Below are positions 55,466 through 64,000 of a stretch of DNA of 64,000 bases, piece by piece (within the stretch, counting starts at the first letter, position 1; every line of letters starts with the position of its first letter). The notes beneath the pieces are model-generated. The model was not told the DNA's origin. It ran no database searches and worked only from the letters and a program-made list of their open reading frames with translations. Location of the stretch: positions 3,844,001 to 3,908,000 of the forward strand of contig CATNEN010000030.1 of the NCBI GenBank assembly GCA_950097015.1, in the 5' to 3' direction. The DNA is from Macrostomum hystrix (lineage: Eukaryota > Animalia > Platyhelminthes). Both the position numbers and the translations under genes were made by a program.

Positions 55466-55671
55466 TTAGTAGTGTAGGCCGCCACGCATTTTAACATAAT
55501 TCTTTAATAGAGAACCAAAATTACTTGACGACGAGGAATATGAAGTTGAAGAGGCGCCAAAGCCCGTGTCGCTGTCTCGGCCAGAGCCAACGGTCTTCTT
55601 GCCGACATCAGACGCTTCAATTAGCAGGTCCTCAACTGGGCCAGATTCGGCCTCCACGCTGGGCAGCGAGT
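55466..55671 (-). CDS. Probable terminal exon of the RRM-protein gene
   Basis: Acceptor atatgcag, phase 1; (D)SLPSVEAESGPVEDLLIEASD...GGLHY-stop joins the 58721 donor in frame. Confidence 0.5.
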
Positions 55672-55903
55672 CTGCATATATATTGCGAGATAAAAAAATA
55701 TTGCTAAACCGTTACATTCCTACTGATGAGTAGCATAGTGATGAACATATTTATATTAAAAACTTTTTAAATTTAAATTTTTGTCATAATAATATATTCT
55801 GGAATAAATACAGTAATTTGATATAATAACAAAAACTAAATGCTGTCTAACTACATCTTTGCGCTAATGATTAGTCCATTAAAAAGTACAGACCCTGATA
55901 TTT

Positions 55904-57740
55904 TTGGCCCACGACCTACAGCTGGACCTCATAATGCTGCAGGAGGTCTCTATCGTGGCTGAGCCAGGCCTTCAACATGAGGACCTTGGAGCCGGATGGA
56001 GCCTCTTGTACACGTCGGCAGACGGCCGCGGGCGTGGTGGCGTCGGCGTGCTGATCGGACCGCGCCTTCGGCAGAGCGTGCACTGCGCCCCACTCTCCCC
56101 GCCTCTGCTGCGGGTTGACCTGTGCCTGTGCGCTCGCTGCATTCGGCTCTTCTGCGCGTACGCCCCTACGGCTGCCCACCCGGACGAAGCTCTCGCCTTT
56201 TTCGAGTTTCTGGCCGGACAGCTAGAAGAGGTGCCAAACCGCGACACGCTGGTGGTGCTCGGAGACCTAAACGCAGTTCCACGTAGGTCCGAGCGATCGC
56301 CTTTCGTCAAGGGACGCGAGAACACCAACACGGATGCGCTGGAGGACCTGCTAGAACGACTGGACCTGATGTCAATTAACACCCGTTTCCGCAAGCCTTC
56401 GGCCCGCCTGTTCATCTTCGCGGGCTGCAAGAGGAAACGACGGAACGCGCGTGGGCGGAATGCCACGAGGCGGCTGGCGCAACTGGATCATGTGCTGGTT
56501 CGCGCTCGCGAGCACCGCCGCGTCATCAACTGCAACACCATGGCTCCGCTGGCTCTCCGGTCTGACCACCGACTCCTGCTCTGCGACCTGCGGCTCAACG
56601 ACCCGCTCTACCGACCTCCGAAGCAGCGGCCACGGCGCTACTATCGTGCCTTGTTGGACCCCCGCGTAAAGTACCAATTCGCGGGCGCCTTCCGCGGTGT
56701 CATCGAGGAGGCGCGCGTCCGCCAGTCAACGCTGACTGTTGTGTTTGTCAACTTCCGCAAGGCGTTTGACTCAGTGTCGAGGGCCGCGCTCCCACTCGTC
56801 CTTCGTGCCTGTCCGACCTGTTTGCCACCTCGTCAGGAGTGCTGCAGGGTGACACGCTGGCCCCGTTCCTCTTCGTGTTTCTCCTGGACTGGGTGCTTCG
56901 GACTGCGCTCCCCTCGGCTGAAGACGGCTTCCTGCTGCGCAGACGCATCGGTCGCCGTCACGATGAGAAGCGCCTCAGTTTGTGCTTGGCTACGGCGACG
57001 ACCTCGCCTTCCTGTCCTCGACTGTCGAAGGTGCCCAGCGCCAGATTGACAGGTTGGCTGAGGTGGCATCAAGCGTCGGCCTAGTGATCAACACGCTTAA
57101 GACCGAGGTGCTGACCGTGCCGGCCGACATCCCAGCGGACCTGACGTGCCGCGGCGCAGACGGGCAGATCATCTCGCTCGCATGCTGCCAGCGGTTCATT
57201 TACCTCGGCGGTCTGGTGCCCAACGTGGAAGACGACATCCGACGGCGCAGAGGACTCGCATGGGCGGCCTACCGTTCGATCCGGGCCGTCCTCCAGTCCA
57301 CAGCGCTGCCTGACCGCCAGAGGGCTCGGCTGTGGCAGGCGGTGGTCGAGACCGTCCTGCTGTACAACGCCGAGTCGTGGACGCTGACGGCTACGCTGGA
57401 GCAGCAGCTGGACTCGGCGCACTCGGGGCTGCTCCGTTGCGGCTGCAACGCCCGTCCACCATCCTGCGCCAGCGGCGACTTCGACTAGCGGGCCACGTTA
57501 TTCGGGCTACTGCTACTGCCGCCAGCCCGCCCAGGACGTCCTGCTGCTCACCCTGCAGGGCCCATTCAGGCGCGGCCAAGCTCGGACCCACCGCTACGTC
57601 GACTGCCTGCTGAGCGACGCCGGGGCGCCCGACACTGCCACCGGCGCGGACCATGCTCGCGCGCTGGCTCTGCGGCGCACCATCTGACGCTGCCTCCCTG
57701 ACTTTTGGGGCTAGCGTATTTTGTTGTTGTTGTTGTTTGT
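55904..57740 (+). mobile_element. Degraded non-LTR retrotransposon (APE endonuclease plus partial RT, RTE-like), internally deleted and frameshifted
   Basis: Endonuclease motifs DLIMLQEV, CAYAP, VLGDLNA, QLDHVL, SDH; RT motifs FVNFRKAFDSVSR, GVLQGDTLAPFLF, GYGDDL in shifting frames; YLGG...RRGLAWAAY; (ttg)n 3' tail near 57720-57740. Confidence 0.88.
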
Positions 57741-57801
57741 GTGTAAAACTCTATGGCGAATCCAAATTGTTTCATAATCTAAGTACTTCTGTCGTAGCAT
57801 C

Positions 57802-57919
57802 ACCGTCTGGAGCACCGGCGGCGACCGTCGGGACCTTCAACAAAAGCAACCGATTGGCCTCTCAAAGACGGCTGCTTTTGTTGAAAGTTCTGACGATCGC
57901 CGCCGATGCTCCAGACGGT
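57802..57919 (-). other. 51-bp inverted repeat with a 16-nt loop (long RNA hairpin)
   Basis: Arms 57802-57852 and 57869-57919 pair at 45/51 positions. On the minus strand the six non-matches are 4 G-U wobbles and 2 A-C mismatches. Confidence 0.9.
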
Positions 57920-58720
57920 CCTGAAGGAGAATCGACTGGGATGCTGAAACCGAAAGTCCCTAGGATTGATTGACATAGATTTTGGAGCCGAGATGAAATT
58001 CAAGATGAAATTTTGTTACCTAAAACCCCGACGAGAATCGTTGAATATCTTTTCGATGCCGATTTTTTGTAATTCTGGAAGTTATTTCATCGGATAAAGC
58101 GGTACATTTTAGTCGGTGTTCCAGATTTTCATTGACATGAGTCGCCGACATGAATATTTTAGAAGACATAGAAAAAGTATAAAAATGTGGGCATTTACCC
58201 CCAGTCGTCTTTCTACATTCTAAGGCTTATGTTAGTCAAACTACAGACAGAAACAATGAACCAAATGAATATACACACGCATCATAAATTAAAAAGCATT
58301 GTAATAATGCTTGTACACTTTAATATTCAAAAGCAAAGCGCGGAAAATATAACCGGAGTATGCGAGAATACGTCTACTCTAATAACTAGCTAGTGTGATT
58401 CTATGGCACAAAAGAAAGGTATAGAGACTAGCATAAATAAGGTACTTGAGCTTGTCCAGAATCTAAGTTAGACACTCAAAATGACAATCTTAAAATGTGC
58501 TTGCCTCCTAGCAAAATTAATAATAGGAAAGTGGAACTTCGTCTTGAGTTCATTGGCCTGGCTATAACTCACAATCTAGCTACAACGCAGGGGTTATCGC
58601 GCAGAAAAATATATCTAGAAGGCCGCCTTAACTCTGACAAGACTAAGATCATATGACACACTATTCAGGCTTATATTCTAGAAAACAAATGTGCTGCAAC
58701 TGAATGCACGCTGCACTCAC

Positions 58721-58810
58721 CCAAGTCTGTATATTGCTGGCCCCTCAGATATTGCCATCGACCGCCAAAGCCAACGTTTAGTTGACGAAATTCTGCCGCC
58801 TTCTGCAGGT
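58721..58810 (-). CDS. Probable 90-nt exon of the RRM-protein gene (completes RRM helix 2 and beta 4)
   Basis: aatgcag|AC CTG CAG AAG...TTG G|gtgagt; reads YLQKAAEFRQLNVGFGGRWQYLRGQQYTDL. Confidence 0.6.
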
Positions 58811-59061
58811 CTGCATTGAATCAAGTTTATGAATCAATGAATCATAAAATCTGTGCAAAACAGAGAAAAACAAGGCCACCCATTGGATGAGTATGGATAC
58901 AAAAAAACCCATATTGAAGCGCTATTTTAAATAGAAACAGGTTATGCTAATTGCAGATATTTACGGAGTAAAGACTTGGCAGTTGAAAAGCACAAGTTTT
59001 TATGTCTCTCCATAAAAGTCTAGCATCCGAATTTTGGCAACCCACTGAGCATGAGTAACAG

Positions 59062-61420
59062 GTGAATCAAGGATCAGCGTACAGGTATAACAGGTGTATC
59101 AGCCGAATCAATGAAGGATCAGGGGACAGGTATAACAGGTGTATCAGCCGAATCAATGAAGGATCAGGGGACAGATATGACTGGTGTATCAGCCGAATCA
59201 ATGAAGGATCAGGGGACAGATATAACAGGTGTATCAGCCGAATCAATGAAGGATCAGGGGACAGGTATAACATGTGTATCAGCCGAATCAATGAAGGATC
59301 AGGGGACAGGTATAACAGGTGTATCAGCCGAATCAATGAAGGATCAGGGGACAGGTATAACAGGTGTATCAGCCGAATCAATGAAGGATCAGGGGACAGG
59401 TATAACAGGTGTATCAGCCGAATCAATGAAGGATCAGGGGACAGGTATAACAGGTGTATCAGCCGAATCAATGAAGGATCAGAGGACAGGTATAACAGGT
59501 GTATCAGCCGAATCAATGAAGGATCAGGGGACAGGTATAACAGGTGTATCAGCCGAATCAATGAAGGATCAGGGGACAGGTATAACATGTGTATCAGCCG
59601 AATCAATGAAGGATCAGGGGACAGGTATAACAGGTGTATCAGCCGAATCAATGAAGGATCAGCGTACAGGTATAACAGGTGTATCAGCCGAATCAATGAA
59701 GGATCAGGGGACATATATAACAGGTGTATCAGCCGAATCAATGAAGGATCAGGGGACAGGTATAACATGTGTATCAGCCGAATCAATGAAGGATCAGGGG
59801 ACAGGTATAACAGGTGTATCAGCCGAATCAATGAAGGATCAGCGTACAGGTATAACAGGTGTATCAGCCGAATCAATGAAGGATCAGGGGACATATATAA
59901 CATGTGTATCAGCCGAATCAATGAAGGATCAGGGGACAGATATAACTGGTGTATCAGCCGAATCAATGAAGGATCAGGGGACAGGTAAAACAGGTGTATC
60001 AACCGAATCAATGAAGGATCAGAGGACAGGTATAACACGTGTATCAACCGAATCAATGAAGGATCAGAGGACAGGTATAACACGTGTATCAGCCAAATCA
60101 ATGAAGGATCAGGGGACAGGTATAACAGGTGTATCAGCCGAATCAATGAAGGATCAGGGGACAGGTATAACAGGTGTATCAGCCGAATCAATGAAGGATC
60201 AGGGGACAGATATAACTGGTGTATCAGCCGAATCAATGAAGGATCAGGGGACAGGTATAACAGGTGTATCAGCCGAATCAATGAAGGATCAGGGGACAGA
60301 TATAACTGGTGTATCAGCCGAATCAATGAAGGATCAGGGGACAGGTATAACTGGTGTATCAGCCGAATCAATGAAGGATCAGGGGACAGGTATAACAGGT
60401 GTATCAGCCGAATCAATGAAGGATCAGGGGACAGATATAACTGGTGTATCAGCCGAATCAATGAAGGATCAGGGGACAGGTATAACATGTGTATCAGCCG
60501 AATCAATGAAGGATCAGGGGACAGGTATAACAGGTGTATCAGCCGAATCAATGAAGGATCAGCGTACAGGTATAACAGGTGTATCAGCCGAATCAATGAA
60601 GGATCAGGGGACATATATAACATGTGTATCAGCCGAATCAATGAAGGATCAGGGGACAGGTATAACAGGTGTATCAGCCGAATCAATGAAGGATCAGGGG
60701 ACAGGTAAAACAGGTGTATCAACCGAATCAATGAAGGATCAGAGGACAGGTATAACACGTGTATCAACCGAATCAATGAAGGATCAGAGGACAGGTATAA
60801 CACGTGTATCAGCCAAATCAATGAAGGATCAGGGGACAGGTATAACAGGTGTATCAGCCGAATCAATGAAGGATCAGGGGACAGGTATAACAGGTGTATC
60901 AGCCGAATCAATGAAGGATCAGGGGACAGATATAACTGGTGTATCAGCCGAATCAATGAAGGATCAGGGGACAGGTATAACTGGTGTATCAGCCGAATCA
61001 ATGAAGGATCAGGGGACAGGTATAACAGGTGTATCAGCCGAATCAATGAAGGATCAGGGGACAGGTATAACAGGTGTATCAGCCGAATCAATGAAGGATC
61101 AGGGGACAGGTATAACATGTGTATCAGCCGAATCAATGAAGGATCAGGGGACAGATATAACTGGTGTATTAGCCGAATCAATGAAGGATCAGGGGACAGA
61201 TATAACTGGTGTATCAGCCGAATCAATGAAGGATCAGGGGACAGATATAACTGGTGTATTAGCCGAATCACTAAAGCACCGGAGAACAGTTATAACAGGT
61301 GTATCACCCGTATCAGTGTAACACTGAAGGATCGGGGTACACGTATAACAGGTGTATCAGCTGAATCACTAAAGCACTGGAGGACGGGTACAACAGGTGT
61401 ATGAGTTGAATCAATGAAGG
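59062..61420. repeat. Intronic minisatellite, 45 bp unit (tataacaggtgtatcagccgaatcaatgaaggatcaggggacagg), about 52 copies
   Basis: Direct reading; the 45-bp unit keeps frames open and produces the 734/736-aa pseudo-ORFs. Confidence 0.97.
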
Positions 61421-61527
61421 ATCCGACACAGGTGTATTATCAGTTTCAGGTTAAGGTAACTATGATATAAAATAATTGTATGATATAAAAAGGTTACTAT
61501 GCTCAATACAGCAGTGCTCAAACCCAC

Positions 61528-61745
61528 AATCGTATGCAGCGTAGGCGTCCCTGCGGTGCAGAAAGTACACAAAGGCGTAGCTATCCAGGTGACGATGAAA
61601 TCGAGTCTTGACTGAGATCTCGCGAATTGGGCCGAGGCCTTGGCGTTTAAAAATAGCCTGCAATTCGCGCTCGGGATCCGCCCACTCCTTGGGCAGGTGG
61701 CCGATGAATAGAATGCGGCGCTGCTGCACCTCCTCTTCGTCGCCG
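61528..61745 (-). CDS. RRM (RNA recognition motif) exon of an unidentified RNA-binding protein gene
   Basis: Branch gactaac plus ttcag acceptor; RNP2-like ILFIGHL, RNP1-like SYAFVYF, then HRRDAYAAY. The donor gtgggt is chosen by phase. Confidence 0.75.
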
Positions 61746-62447
61746 CTGAATAATTTTTTTGGGTTAGTCGGGACGCAAGCATTAAATGTATAATGTATTA
61801 GGGAAAATGAAAATACGGCCACACGTTTTTTTAAAATAAATATGGCGCATGTCAATTTCTGCAATCAAACTGATTAAAACACAAATAATTCCTCTCGGAC
61901 GGGATTTAAGAAAACGATTTGCAGATTAAATTAACAGTAGGACCACCAAGTCATTTTCTGACTTCCAAGCCCCCCTCTGAAAACTGTTTGGCAGCACCCG
62001 AATGCTAAGTCAGTCTAGATAAAGGTAGGTGACCACCGAAGACGGAGATGATGCAGGCACATTCGGGTGACATGCTGATAAACTTTGGCGAGGCCGCACT
62101 GAGGCGCAGACCCCGGCAGTACTAATTCGTGTATAGGAGCATATGAAATACACTAGCGCTTATGGGAAAAATCTGAGCTTTCGGCCAGAACCATTGAATA
62201 TCTCGACGGTCTGAAGAGCTGGCGACTTGATTTTTGTTTCAGAAGATGCGCAACAAAAAGTTGGCCCGTTTTCTTGAGTTTTGTGTTTGCGTTGCTCCAT
62301 TTGGGTGCAGTACAAAATTTGTCAGGGGGAAATCCCCCTCGGTAGTTCTACTGTTAATTGAAAAATATGGCCATCCAGTCCCAGACAAGTCGCATAACAC
62401 TAATAAGATAGCGAGGCTTTAGACTATCGAAATGTACAGTTGCTCAC

Positions 62448-63189
62448 TGAATTGAATATTCTCGCTTGAAAATCGACCCGCTCTTATCCGGCTCAGTTGC
62501 AGACGACTCGGCTGACTCGGCCTGAATTGGCAGCTTTGAGCCGCTGTCGCCGTCCCACAGGGTTGAGTTAGTGAATTCTTGAGTGTAGCCGGGCAGGCGG
62601 GAGCAGGTGCCAGCTTCTGGCGCCTCCTCGGGTGTAGCTGACGTAGCCAAGCAGTAACTGGCTGTGCCATTAGCCCTGGAGATTGCCTGGTGAGTGAGCA
62701 CGGTCTTGTCATTGCAAGGGACCACCTTCGGACCGGTGCTTAGTGCGGTCAGGTAGCTGGGTACCTTGTCTAATAGATTTGCACCTGCATCATCGTCTGC
62801 TTCTTTTGATGACGCTGAATTAGACTTTGGAATAGTTGATGCGCCAGTCTTTCTGCGTCGCTGGTTGCTAGGCAACGAAGAAGTCGCCCGCGATCGTGAA
62901 GTGTCGATATCAGCTTCGCTGGCCGACTGCTGCTTTTTCTGCTGACACTTCATTGAAGGCTTTCGACGCTTCGGTGGTGGCTCCTTGAAGACTGACGCCG
63001 ATGCAACGTCGATAGCGTCGGCTCCAAAAGCGTCATCAGAAACAGACGCTGCCGAATACTGTTGCAGCGTTTTACCTAAGGCTGGAGGCGGCGACTCTGG
63101 CAGGCTTGGTCCACCGTCATCGTCGTCGAGAACGAATGCGCCAGGAAACAGTTCCGGATGCGTGGGCGGATCCCAGGTGGTGTCAATGT
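62448..63189 (-). CDS. Large low-complexity exon of the same RRM-protein gene (5' exons not identified, probably beyond the window)
   Basis: Branch ctaac plus gccag acceptor (phase 1); open for 247 codons (DIDTTWDPPTHPELFPG...PPPKRRK...SIFKREYSI); donor CA|gtgagc in phase 2 fits the RRM exon. Confidence 0.7.
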
Positions 63190-63240
63190 CTGGCGGGTGA
63201 AGATGTTAGGCGATTACAGACTTCATATAAAAATATCTAC

Positions 63241-63858
63241 ACTGAATCAGTCCTAAGGGAAAGGCTGAATCAGTACAGAGGGAAAGGCTGAATCAGTCCT
63301 GAGGGAAAGGCTGAATCAGTCCTGAGGGAAAGGCTGAATCAGTCCTGAGGGAAAGGCTGAATCAGTCCTGAGGGAAAGGCTGAATCAGTCCTGAGGGAAA
63401 GGCTGAATCAGTCCTGAGGGAAAGGCTGAATCAGTCCTGAGGGAAAGGCTGAATCAGTCCTGAGGGAAAGGCTGAATCAGTCCTGAGGGAAAGGCTGAAT
63501 CAGTCCTGAGGGAAAGACTGAATCAGTCCTGAGGGAAAGGCTGAATCAGTCCTGAGGGAAAGGCTGAATCAGTCCTGAGGGAAAGGCTGAATCGGTCCTG
63601 AGGGAAAGGCTGAATCAGTCCTGAGGGAAAGGCTGAATCAGTCCTGAGGGAAAGGCTGAATCGGTCCTGAGGGAAAGGCTGAATCAGTCCTGAGGGAAAG
63701 GCTGAATCAGTCCTGAGGGAAAGGCTGAATCGGTCCTGAGGGAAAGGCTGAATCAGTCCTGAGGGAAAGGCTGAATCAGTCCTGAGGGAAAGGCTGAATC
63801 AGTCCTGAGGGAAAGGCTGAATCGGTCCTGAGGGAAAGGCTGAATCGGTCCTGAGGGA
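63241..63858. repeat. Intronic minisatellite, 23 bp unit (gctgaatcagtcctgagggaaag), about 27 copies
   Basis: Direct reading. Confidence 0.97.
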
Positions 63859-64000
63859 TAAAAGGCGAAAAGACAAATCAGCCTGCAGTACAGCATTCTT
63901 TAGCATGAAAATATGTAGCCAATTTAATTTTTACTGCTAACATCATTTTTTAATTAACACTACACACCATAAGATGCAGCGCCGCAACTATCAGAATACT

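Overview
Eukaryotic (animal) genomic DNA with GC-rich exons, GT-AG introns and about 20 minisatellite arrays. The style and gene content suggest a free-living flatworm such as Macrostomum; this is inference, not a database result. Gene models built by hand from splice signals and reading phase, in order: an ERG/FLI1/FEV-family ETS factor (-), a SoxE/F-type HMG factor (-), an H-type ferritin (-), MEF2 (+), RFC4 (-), CNDP2/M20A dipeptidase (-), a secreted cyclophilin (+) and the 3' part of an unidentified RRM-protein gene (-). Mobile DNA: a degraded APE/RT LINE, a hAT-type MITE and two copies of a tRNA-derived SINE. All long repetitive ORFs in the track are artefacts of the minisatellites, and there is no CRISPR array. 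Most notable: (1) two homologous, mutually inverted arrays upstream of the Sox gene carrying roughly 100 or more TCF/LEF-type CTTTGATC sites; (2) an RFC4 gene with no in-frame ATG that starts at a splice acceptor, as expected if a flatworm spliced-leader AUG supplies the initiator; (3) a 51-bp hairpin that coincides with a candidate stop-containing cassette exon in the RRM gene; (4) an array of 5' splice-site consensus units on the ETS sense strand.
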